Shown piece after piece: positions 41,576 to 53,158 of a stretch of DNA of 64,000 nucleotides (the stretch's first letter is position 1; each line of letters starts with the position of its first letter). The position numbers and the translations under genes were made by a program. Origin of the DNA: Thelocarpon superellum (taxonomy: Eukaryota); NCBI GenBank assembly GCA_026025795.1, contig JAPEUG010000001.1, forward strand, positions 62,001 to 126,000, given 5' to 3'. The notes under the pieces are model-generated. The model was not told where the DNA came from. It did not search any database and worked only from the letters and a program-made list of their open reading frames with translations.

Positions 41576-42691
41576 CACCTGTCCCAGCGGTGTTGGTGGC
41601 CTCGTCTGATGGTGGCGGTGGAGATGGAGATGAAGAGAACGGGGGGTGATGTGTGCGAATGAGATCCGCAACCGTCAATGGATTCTATCCTGGTCTTGTG
41701 CAATGGAAGAGAGCGTGGGGCATCTCCACCGACTACTCTTATATAGATGGAGCCCGTCGGACTCTACGTAAAAGGGAGCATCAACCACATTGCACGGAAG
41801 AGAGCTGTGCAATGCACAGACACCTTGCATAATGACAGACTAGACGGCAGGTATATCGTAGATCCTGTTGATGGAGGAGACCTTGGCATTTGCACAATGC
41901 GAATAAGTAAGCTGATTATATCTTAGAAGTGTGCCCCTCATGTCCAGGTAGACGGGCGAGACGACAGAGGTGGCGACGGCACCCCATTGATGGGTATTCT
42001 GGGCTCCGGCGAGGTTCTTCAGGTCTGCCTCACTGGACAAAAGCGTTGGAAGGAAGTTCGGGACTCGTGGGTACGGTAGGTGGTAAGCTCCCCCTGACCC
42101 GTCTTGGTACATAGGTGAACGCATGCGTGGCCGGGATGAGTTGGCGGTCCGCTACAGGGCGTCGCCGCGGCGGGGATGAGTTCGGAGATCCCGTAGGGTG
42201 AGTGTGGAGCGCTCCTTCATGGCAATGACGGTATAGTTGACGTGACTTACCTCATCCTTACGTCCGTACGGTAAGCGAACAGATAAACGACAATGCGAGT
42301 ATTGTTCGCGCGAGGAATGAGGAATGCTCCCAACACCGCACAAATCATGGATGGATCGAAGCTGACGGTATCAGTCATGCTATAGTCGCATCGACTCACG
42401 GGCCGGCAAACGACTGTCCACTTCGTCTGGCCATGCCATGCACGCCTTTGAAATCGAGGTGTACCATGAACGTACTGGACTTCTCAAGGATTCTTGATAA
42501 ATGGGGAAATCGTAGAGCTGGAGAGGGAGGGGAGCGATATAGGTAACGGAGACATTTGGCCGTGGAGAAAACGCGGTATAGTCAGTGGCCATGGCATACA
42601 TTGCTTTCGTGCGGATACTTATGCCACACCCAGCGAAATGATCAGCCGAGCCAGCCAGGCGAATCATGCCAAGCCGGATCGTAGCTAAAGG

Positions 42692-42782
42692 TGTAGGACC
42701 GCGCATGTGATCTGGTCACGTGCCCACTCCTATGACTATCCCAGACTACGCGTAGGTTAGCAATTCAGCTCTGATTCCTACA
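42692..42782. mobile_element. 91-bp mini-element, copy 2, with 4-bp target-site duplication
   Basis: TGTAGGA...TCCTACA termini flanked by AAGG at 42688-42691 and 42783-42786. Near-identical to 2963..3053. Confidence 0.8.
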
Positions 42783-42939
42783 AAGGTAACATAACATATC
42801 ATGTTGACATTGGCTTTGCCCCTCCTCAACCAACCCCCCCGCTCGACATCCTCCCACGCCGTGACACCTCGACCGGCCAAGCACTTTGACAACAACGCCG
42901 AATCATCCCTCTCAGTCTACGACCCATCAAAGCGCTCCT

Positions 42940-44070
42940 ATGCTCTCCTCCCTGCCGTTGATCCAACCTCGCGATGCACACACTCTCTGGTACACGTCGA
43001 GCAGCAGCAGCGGGACGGCATGGCCTCATAACAGCGGATCCGGGGGCGATCTGAGCCAGGGGAACCAGACGCACGGCGGGCTCGTCGGCGGCGACGCCTT
43101 CATCGCGGGGGGAGCCCACGACCACACAGGCGGCAACGCCCGAACGTCCTTCAACGCCTCGTCATCCGGCCCTCACAACACCGCCCGCAGCTCCGCGACT
43201 CTCAACAACCCCCTCGCGGCCCTTCGCGCGCAGGAAAACTTCATCGCGGCGCGCAAGACGCACATTGCCCGCTTTGGTGCGTGCTGGATCCGGCCGCCCG
43301 GCGTGGGCAAGACGTATCAGGCGGCCATGGACGAGGAGGCCGAGCGGGAAGAGGCCGCGAGGTTGGCGGAGCGCGAGCTGGCCATGATGGAGGAGGAAGC
43401 TGCCGACGAGGAGGGCATGGGCGAAGATGAGGAGGGCGAGTGGGAGGATGAAGACGGCGAGATGGCCGATGGTGCGACTGGCCCAGGCCCGGGCGCGGCC
43501 GTCGTTCGCGGCGTGCCCACCGCGACGAATATGCGTGTGGCTGGACCGGGAGCCGGACGAGAGGGAAGGATGACGGCCGAAGTCGTCGAGGGAATGGAGG
43601 AGGCTGATGAGGACGAGGGTGAAGAGATGGGCGAGCGCGATCTCGACGACGAGGTGCCCGAGGCCGAGGACGGCGGGTACGAACATACCGACACGGAGCT
43701 TGAAGACGACGACGAGGATGGGGATGAGGATGAGGGTGAGGGTGAGGATGAGGACGACAGCGAGGAGATGAGCATGCAACATGACAGCGCACCCGTCACT
43801 CTCACGCCACCCGCTGCCCCCACGCTCGGGACGGCGGCCAGGACACAACGAACAAGTACATCCGCGCAAAGTTATGACGGCGCGACCGACTTGGGTCTGG
43901 GAGGGGAGACAGAGGGCGAGGAATCAGGAATGGTGTTTTCGTCGCCGCTGGGTTTCGGCATGGGTTCCATCGTCGGAGGGGACCGGGGAAGCGGAGGAAG
44001 CGGGGTGGTGCGCCCCAGCACGAGCGATGTATCTGCTTCGCGCCGAGGGGGACGGCTGAGACGGTCATGA
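42940..44070 (+). CDS. APC15: Anaphase-promoting complex subunit Apc15/Mnd2-like protein
   Basis: MLSSLPLIQPRD..LWY, RKTHIARFGACWIRPPGVGKT, RDLDDEVPEA and YEHTDTE, with an acidic tail. Confidence 0.82.
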   Translation: MLSSLPLIQPRDAHTLWYTSSSSSGTAWPHNSGSGGDLSQGNQTHGGLVGGDAFIAGGAHDHTGGNARTSFNASSSGPHNTARSSATLNNPLAALRAQENFIAARKTHIARFGACWIRPPGVGKTYQAAMDEEAEREEAARLAERELAMMEEEAADEEGMGEDEEGEWEDEDGEMADGATGPGPGAAVVRGVPTATNMRVAGPGAGREGRMTAEVVEGMEEADEDEGEEMGERDLDDEVPEAEDGGYEHTDTELEDDDEDGDEDEGEGEDEDDSEEMSMQHDSAPVTLTPPAAPTLGTAARTQRTSTSAQSYDGATDLGLGGETEGEESGMVFSSPLGFGMGSIVGGDRGSGGSGVVRPSTSDVSASRRGGRLRRS

Positions 44071-44268
44071 GCTTCGTACATCATCCCGTAAAAGCGTAGG
44101 AGTATAAGAGAGGATTCGTTGTCTCCTGGCTTTGATCGAGTGACGCACTCGATGGTCGTCTGCAATATGATACATGGAAAGCCAATCTCCATCCCTTTCC
44201 TTGGTGCGGTCCCACACTCTACCCAGCTCGAAGCACCAATGCGTGCACAGCCCAAGTGATGACAGCTG

Positions 44269-45197
44269 TCAAAATAACCAAACCCACGTAAACAGCACAA
44301 TGACCGCGAGTAAGAAGCCAAGCCACACTCTCCACCCGACGCCCGTTCGTTTCGCCATGCGTAACATACGGTTCATGGTCCCTCGTAACCGTACCCGGGT
44401 CCCTTCGAATGACTCGTTCATGCTTTCCGCCAGGCTTGAGGACGAGCGGATCTCGGCGCCAATTGCTACTGTCATCTGTTTGCAAACGTTGTTAGTGAGG
44501 ATTGGGTAACGGTGGTGGAGGTGGAGGTGAAGGAGGAGCTCAAGTGGAAGCCGAGCAGTAGGTGAAGAGGGAAAGCGAATCGCACATCTTTGAATTGTCG
44601 CACTTTGTCACTCAACACCGATATCTGCTCATCATTCTGCGACTCCAAGGATGAGAGGACAGCGTCAGAGTACTGGCCCCTATATGAATCAAACAGTCCC
44701 ACACGTCAGTATCACACTAACCTCATGCCCCGTCGAGTCAGTTGAAACATACCTCGTATTCGGCGTTGCAGATCGAAAGGCCGGGCCTCCCCCCTCTAAA
44801 CCCCCATCGATGCCCCCGTTCGCGCTAGATCCACTTGCACCATACAACGATGGACTTCCACTGCCGGAATGATATCCCCCGTGGGCCCCAGCCGCAGGGC
44901 CCCCGTAACCCGACGGAGACGAACTAGCACCTCTTGTGCGATCGCCCGTGTATGACTCGAAGAGCGCACTTCGTGGATCCCGGTTGTGGAGGTTCGAGGT
45001 AGGGAATCTGCTTGTGTCAGCAGGCACGACATCATGCTCGACGTATGAGACGTGCCAAGGAGAGAGGGCGGTGCAACAAGACGGACTCCACGACAGGGTC
45101 GAGCGAGGGGGAGGTTGCAGCCCACGTGGACTGGGTCTGGACATGCAAAGCATAACGGAGATAATAACGGAAGGGATGGGGCCTACCTAGAGGCCAT
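44269..45197 (-). CDS. BET1: ER-Golgi SNARE Bet1 (spliced)
   Basis: MASR|FP..RDPRSALFESY, FRSATPNTR|GQYSDAVLSSLESQNDE, TVAIGAEIR..MNESF..LRGTMNRML and a C-terminal TM helix. First intron at 45008..45186. Confidence 0.9.
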
Positions 45198-46059
45198 GGT
45201 GGATCTCCCTCTCGCTGAGAGAGGTTGATGTCGCTTCACGCAAATATGGCTTGTTCGGACCGCATACTCCTCCCGTGGGGTTGCAAAGATGAACTGTGTA
45301 GCCATTTAGCTAGTAAATCTACCATAACCACACATCACGAACCTATCGAAGAGATGCATACCTTGCCAAGGGCCAAACGCGGTCGAGGCTTCTCTCAACT
45401 CGAGCTCGGTGGATGACCGTGGAAGGCCAGCTTTCGTAGCTTGGTGGCTCGTCGGGGTCCAACGTGGCTTAGTCACGCGACTTCAGTGGCGTAACGCGAC
45501 TTTGGCAACGGCGGACAACTTTCTTTGGAGCTGCGATCTACATCCATCTCATAGAGTGAATCGAATGGCTTTGACTTCCGACAGTGTTTGGTCCTTAGAG
45601 AGACCAACAGGTGCCCCGGTCGTGTTTGATGAGATCTTACAGTCCTGGGGGTGGTTTTCAGGCGTTGTGTGGACTTTGGTCCGGGAAATCATAGAGCTGT
45701 AGACGGGGAAAATTCCACTCGGACAAACCGACCGATATAGGACCGAAACACGACAATGTATCACGCTGCTGCTCCCGCAGATGGTAGACGCACGGACATG
45801 TATTTCATATCATAAATTCTTCGGACTTCAGTTAATCATTGCTTCATGCTTCCCCAGCCTTTCCTTCCGTGCTTTCCTTTTCCGCGCTCAACCTCAGAGT
45901 CCCTCGCCCATGGACAGTGTCTATTAGACACCAGCAACTCAGATGGTCCTTTGTACCGACTGATTCCGCGTGACGTGCGCCCGTCAAAGGTCATGAGTGC
46001 ATGAGAATGCCGATGCTCGTGTCAAGGACGTGGACAAGGGGCCATATCTGTGCTCCCTC

Positions 46060-46561
46060 CTACTCTTGCATGGCGTCCTCATCATGCTCTTCAAAGTCCT
46101 CATCATCGTCCTCGTCCTCATCCAGATCATCGCCCGCATTTTCAGCCGCCTTGGCGAAGTCGATGGTCTTGCCTCGCGTGCGCTTGCCGTCATTGATGAT
46201 GTTGCTCTGGTCGATCTCCGTCATGTCCTCTTCTTCCTCGTCGCCTATCAATCACCGTTAGTGTCAAGCCATCAGGCCGGCGCGTGGGCGAGAAGGTGCA
46301 TCTACCTGGATTGGCCGCCTATGGATCGCGTCACATTAGCTCCTCGGCGCTGGGTGCATCACACGTCGGTCATCGTCAATCGAATCCACTCACCACTTCT
46401 TCCTCTTCCTCTTCCGCACCCGTCTCCTCGTCCGAGCTCTCCTCTTCCTCCTCTAGGTGCGCCTCGTGGGCCGCCTTGCCCTTGCCCTTAGCCTCGGTGG
46501 GATCCTGCGCCATTTGCATCTCCGTGTCGTGCACCGCCTGCACGCCGTTGTGGTCCGCCAT
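46060..46561 (-). CDS. CHZ1: Histone H2A.Z chaperone Chz1 (spliced)
   Basis: KGKGKA, acidic tracts and the CHZ motif EIDQSNII..KRTRGKTIDFAKAAE. A 13-nt middle exon lies at 46306..46318. Confidence 0.9.
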
Positions 46562-47438
46562 TGTGATGAAAAGGTGGATGGAGGAGATGCGGTGACACAA
46601 GGCGTGACCACGGTCTTGGATGAGATGCGATGGGCCAACAAAGGTGGGGGACGACGGGGGCCGCGAACCGAGTGGACCCAAGCTTCCAGCGCTGAGCGAA
46701 GGACAGCAAAGATCGATGGGCGAGAGTTGGAGGAAAGGGACGGATGTGGACGGGAGCAGTTGGAGCAAGTCGGACACGGATGGCAAGAAGTCCTTCCTAG
46801 CCGTGATGATCGAATTGAATGGTCTGGGACTGCTGTACACGACGAGGAACAACGAGTGACCAGCAGTGACTGTCACGAAGGTTATCACCGTTCGCGGCGC
46901 TGTTGGCGGGTCAACACCGACTCACGCTCGCCTACACCTGACGCCAGATGGGGCGAGTTTGCGCAGCGAATTCGCTTAACTTTTGGTCGATCACGTGTGG
47001 CGGCGGGAAAGGTTCACGTCTCGCCTACCACATCTACAGATATGTTAACTCAACTGCGTAGCACCTCGTTAACCGAGTTCGTACTCGTGGTGCTGCAAAG
47101 AACGATCGTCTGATACGGCGGCCGAGAAGGTCGCCAGACGCCTTTCTATGTCCTCCTGAAGCCCATGGTGCATTGATGGTCCACTCCACTATATACAAAG
47201 AAGGACTGAGGAGCGGAGTCGCGGGGGGGAGCAGGTAGCAAAGGCAGCACCAAAGCGAGACATTTCGAGGATGCAGATCAATGCAAAGCGAACTCTTTTT
47301 CTGGGGGGTTCCCGTGGCTCTTTTGGCGTCGCGAAACGCTTGCGGGTCGAGAAAAGGCTGCGCCATGAGTGTGGAGTGATGGAGATGGGGATATTCGCAG
47401 TACTGATACAAGCAGGGCTTCACACGCATCACCGTCGC

Positions 47439-48461
47439 TCAGTTGGCCGCGGCAGTCACGACGGGTAGAGTTCCGTGGACGCCATGGCCGATCATCTCGA
47501 TGGGCGCGCGGCGGATGATGCCACCCGTGGCTGGCAGCGTGGTGGAGTGCATCAAGAAGATATCCACCTCGCGCGCCGCTTGTCGGCCCTCGTTAATGCC
47601 CCTGCGCGGAAGCGATGAGTGAGGGAGTGGGAGAGGGCCATGTGAGTGACTCACCACACGATGAGCGACTGCCCTCGACGGCAATCGCCGGCGGCAAAGA
47701 CGCCCGGGAGCGACGTCTTGTACATGCCCGGCGGTGTCTTGATGTTCTTTCGTCCGTCTTTTTCGATCTCATTCCCGAGGAGACGGTCTTCCGGCCCAAG
47801 GAAGCCCATGGAAAGCAGGACGAGATCGGCGGGGAAGAACTGCTCGCTCCCCTCGACCTGCTTCATGTCCCAGCCCCCGCTTGCACTTTTCGTCCACTCG
47901 ACGCGCACCGTGTTGATGCCCTTCACCTTGCCCGTGCCATCGTCCACAAAGTCCTTGGACATGACGCAGTACTCGCGCGGGTCCTTGCCGAGATGGTTCT
48001 TCACCTCGCTGTGGCCGTAGTCGACCCGGTAGATCCGTGGCCATGTGGGCCACGGGTTGTCCGCCGCACGAGTGGGCGGCGGCTGGGGCAGCAGCTCGAA
48101 ATTGGTGACCGACGTCGCCCCGTGGCGCACCGACGTGCCAATGCAGTCATTGCCCGTATCGCCACCACCAATCACCACCACATCTTTCCCCTTGGCCGAA
48201 ATGTACGTCTCGTCCTTGAGCCGCGAGTCGAGCAAGGACTTGGTGTTGCGATGGAGGAACTGCATGGCAAAGTGGATGCCGTCGAGGTTGCGATTCGGGA
48301 TGGGGAGGTCACGCGCCACCGTCGCCCCCGTGGCGATGACGACGGCGTCGTGCTCGGCCCGGAGCTCGGCCAAGCTTCGATCCTCGCCCACCTGCACCCC
48401 CGTCACGAACGTCACCCCTTCGGCCGCCATGAAATCCACCCGGCGCTGCACCACGTTCTTG

Positions 48462-48493
<32 letters not shown>

Positions 48494-51400
48494 GAGTCCG
48501 CCGATGCGGTCCGCCCGCTCGAACACCGTCACGCTATGCCCCGCCCGGTTGAGTTGATCGGCCGCGGCCAGGCCGGCCGGACCCGAGCCGATGATGGCGA
48601 CGGTCTTGCCCGTGCGCTGGGCCGGCGGCGTCGGCACCATCCAGCCCATCTCGAAGCCCCGGTCGATGATGGCGCACTCGATGGACTTGATGCCGACCGG
48701 GTCTTCGATGATCCCAAGCGTGCACGCCCCCTCGCACGGTGCCGGACAGACTCGCCCCGTCTATGATTGGATGTCAGCCGGCGTGCAGAATGGGAGAAGG
48801 GTGTGAGCACGAACGAATTCGGGAAAGTTGTTGGTGAGGAGCAGGCGATTCAGCGCGTCGCGCCACTGGTTCTGGAACACCAGCTCATTCCACTTCGGGA
48901 TGATGTTGCTGATGGGACAGCCCGTGTCTGACTGACAGAATGGGATGCCGCAGTCCATGCACCGTGCGGCCTGGTACTTGATCTCATCCTCATTCAGTCG
49001 GCTCGACAGCTCTTGCCAATCACGCGTCCGGGTCTTGACATTGCGATACTTCTCGCTACGTCGGGCATATTTCATGAAACCCTTCGTCTTGTCCAGCACC
49101 AGGGCCGAGCGTTTCTTCTCTGCCTGTGCGTCACCAACGCTCTCCTCGATGTCCGTCGTGCCCTTATCCTGTTCGTCTTTGCCCTCCTTCTTGATCGACT
49201 TCTCGTGCGGCTCGCGCACCTCCGACCCGGGAAGTAGCGGCAATGGGTATGCGGCCTTCTTGGCCGCCTCTGCCTCGACCGCTTGTTCCGCCAGCACGCG
49301 CTTGTAGTCGGTCGGTAGCACCTTGACGAAGCGCGGGAGCGCGCGGTGGAAGTCCTGCAGGACCCGCGCGGCCAATTCGGAGCCGGTGTAGTGGTGATGA
49401 TCCTCGATCAGGCCGCGCACAAAGGCAATCTCCGCTGGCTCGTCGACCGCCGAAAGCTCGACCATCTCCATGTTGACCTTGGTCTCGAAGTCTTGCGTCA
49501 TGTCGAGCACGTAGGCGATGCCACCGGACATGCCGGCCGCGAAGTTGCGTCCCGTTGAGCCGAGGATCAGCACGCGTCCTCCCGTCATGTACTCGCACCC
49601 GTGGTCGCCCACGCCCTCGACGACCGCCGTCGCGCCCGAGTTCCGCACCGCAAACCGCTCCGCCGCCACGCCTCGGAAGAAGCAGGTTCCGCTGGTGGCA
49701 CCGTACAAACAGACATTGCCGACCAGCACATTCTCCTCCGCCTTATACACGGCCGCTCGAGGAGGGTAGATGAGCAAGCGGCCCCCCGAGAGCCCCTTCC
49801 CCACGTAATCATTGGCATCGCCTTCAAGCTCCAGCGTGACGCCCGGAGCGAGGAAGGCACCGAAGGATTGACCTGCTGAGCCCCGGAGATTGACGTGGAT
49901 TGTATCATGCGGGAGTCCCGCCTCGCCGAATTTCTTGCTGATCTTGTAGGAAAGGGAGGCCCCGATGGTGCGATCGGTGTTGATGACATCCGCCTCGATC
50001 CGACTCGGAAGGCCTTTCTCGAGCGACAACTCCGATTCGGCGATCAGCTTGTTGTCGAGACGCACGTGCAGCTTGTGATCTTGCTTGCGCACGTTATATG
50101 TCGCCACCCCCGGTCGCAGTGTGTGAGCCGGTGTCAGGATCAGCGACAAGTCGACGTTCTCCGTCTTGGCGGTGCGCAGGTCTTCGCGTACACGGAGCGC
50201 CTCTGAATGACCCACCATCTCGTTGATGGTCCGATAACCCAGCTTGGCCATGATCGCCCTCATTTCATTCGAGATGTAATAGAAGAAGTTGATGACATGC
50301 TCTGGAGTCCCCTGAAACTTTGCTCGCAGTGCAGGGTCTTGACTTGCGATGCCCACTGGACACGTGCTGTGAGAGACGTCAGCGTTGGAAGGATGAAGTG
50401 AGATGAAGCGGTGCGTGTGAAAAACGCGGTGCAACTGATCGGGATTGAACCAGGGCAAGAACACCATGTACGCGACAGTGCGTCGAAGCGAGCCGGGACG
50501 AAAGGAAGCGGTATATGGACAGAGTCACGTAGTCGACGGAAAGAGTCGATCAATATAGTGGATGATAACATTGCAAAGAGAGTGTGGTATTCGTACTGCA
50601 ATAGTGCATTGGACGAGTGCGAGGGAATGGACCATGAGACGAGATGGTACGTACTTGAGATGGCAATTCTGCGTGATCAATCGGTTGGCTAGCTGGAACT
50701 GACCCCCGCTGACCTCGATTGCCCGATACTGGCCAGATTCGACGTCGTCGACTTTGAATGGTCGGGCGTCATGGCTGTAGTGCTGCTTCTGGAGGGTCAT
50801 TCTCTTTCGAGGCAGGAGCAGATGGTGCTGGAATTTGGCCGATCCTTTGCCGAAATATACGACGTCCTGAGCCACGTACGGTCCAGTGCTGCCCAAGCTT
50901 AGTGGGACCCACGCTTCATCGACCTCCGTGACCGAGATCCCACAGCTCAAGGCGAGATCCTTGGCATCCTTCACAATCTGCTTGTGCTGTGGTGTCATCT
51001 GAAAGAATCGGTAGGCGTTGCGCGACTTCACATAGGCTCCGTCGCTGTCGACCAGGCCGGCTATGACGGCTAGACGCACGTCCTCGTCCGCCTCCATGTA
51101 GACGCGAGGAATGCCGCCGCTCTTATCGTTGAGCAGACCAAGGTCTCGGAGGCCTCGCAAAACGGGATTCCAGGAGAAGCCAGACCCTCGGGCTGGGCAC
51201 ACAATCGACCATGTGAAGACATCCACTTTGGTGATATGCCCACCTCTCATGACGGTCCCAGACGGATGCCCTCGACTTTCTGACAACGCCAATTCACGCG
51301 TTCCATCAGGTCTGCCGCTGTTGAGTCGATCAACGTACCGCTGCAGCCAGACTTGAGTCTCGCGATCCGATCCTGCAATGCTAGTCGAGCCAACGCAACC

Positions 51401-53123
51401 ATCGCCAAGCCATAGCCCTAGGAAGTATGGATCGACAGGAAACGGGGAATGGACGGGGTTGACAGCGTATCCGAAGGTCAGAGGAGCTCGATAGAGCTTC
51501 AGATGACTGCGCTTCACCACCTTTGAACACATTGCCTCGTACTCCTGCACTGTCATCGAGAACTCGTCGCTGTCCCGTACCACCCAGGGGTCGATCAGGC
51601 GATGACTTTCACTAACGAGGATCGAATGGGCAAGCTGTGCCTGTGCAGCAGTCTTGAAGTTCCGGGATATCTTCCGTACACCAAGACACACGCAGCCATG
51701 ACCGTCCAACGATGTGCGGACTGTAGCGAATCGATCAACGGCGGTCGTGTCGAGATTGATTCGCCATGAATCAATCGCCGGCGTTAGTTCATTGTCTTCC
51801 ATGTTGTCATCGTCAAGTGTTGCCAGAGTTGGTGTGAGCGGTGGCGAAGTCATGGGGGATCCCGCAACGATCTGCACGTTGCCAGACTCATCACCACTAT
51901 CGCTAAGTGGAGGAGAGCTTGGTAAAATGTGGGATGACGGGAGCCAACCTTTTGGAAGGAAAGGCCGCTGCGTATCGGTCCTTGGCTGCGAGCGTGGGAT
52001 CTCGAATTCCAGAAAAGGCTCAGAGCCAATGTCAAAGATCTCACCCGAGAAGTCGACCTCGTCGCTCGAGTTGGTCGTTGGATTGACTGACTCGTTCAAG
52101 TCGACGGCGTCGTTCGAGTCGACAGGGTCATCGTTCGAGGCGATCGCATGATGCAAAACACCCACCTCAGCCACTCGATGCAGGTCGTCGTCCCTCGCAG
52201 GATGCATTGTCTCTAGAACAAATGCAGGGTGATTCCTCAGCTCTCGATCACTAATGATCTTCAGATACTGATCGACGCGATCCGAATGATCTTCGTGACC
52301 ACGATGATAGTGCTGGTCAAGGACGGCATCGACATGCTCCTGGGTAACTCCAAGCTCGGGGGAGTCATCGCCATCGACAAGATCGCGATAGAATGCATCA
52401 CTCCGGATGTCCAGAGAGAGATCGACAGCTTCCTTCCCGGCATGCTCTCGACGGCATCGAGTGAACCAGGTGACAGTCCTACCGGTGATGGAGGGCGTCG
52501 TCCCAGTCATGATGAGGGTGAGGCGGTGGTCAGGAGTGCACTGGAACGAGACCCGTTGGCGCGAGTCGAAGTCGTGATAGGTAATCTCCTTCAACGGTCC
52601 ACTCGCGGGCGGCGACGCACCGATGCAGAGCGTCGGACGACTGCCGGCATCGTACAGGTAATCGCCAATCTCCACCTCGTCCACGCGCTTCTCCCCGGTC
52701 GTGGTGCGAACCAGCGTGGAGGAAGCCAGGCATTTTCTCATCATGATGCACCCCATGGCAATGAGGGGGGTCGTTGCAAACCCCCACTCTTCGGCGCCCA
52801 GGAGACAGGCGATGGCGACGTCGCGACCCGTGCGGAGTTGGCCGTCTGTCTGCACGACGACCCGACCGCGGAGGTCGTTGAGCACCAACGTCTGGTGCGT
52901 CTCAGCCAATCCAAGCTCCCAGGGGAGCCCCGCGTACTTGATGCCGGTCCAGCGAGACGCCCCCGTGCCACCGTCATGTCCCGAGATCAAGATATGGTCG
53001 GCCTTGGCTTTGGCCACTCCAGCCGCCACGATCCCAACGCCCGTCTCAGACACCAGCTTGACAGAGACGCGCGAACGCGGGTTGGCGCACTTGAGGTCGT
53101 AGATCAGCTGCTTCAGATCCTCG

Positions 53124-53158
<35 letters not shown>

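Noticed and set aside
50525..50654. Read-through tail of the 1375-aa ORF, suggesting a truncated or split GLT1
   Set aside because: It is intron sequence. Splicing 50367..50654 restores CHLNTCPVG.
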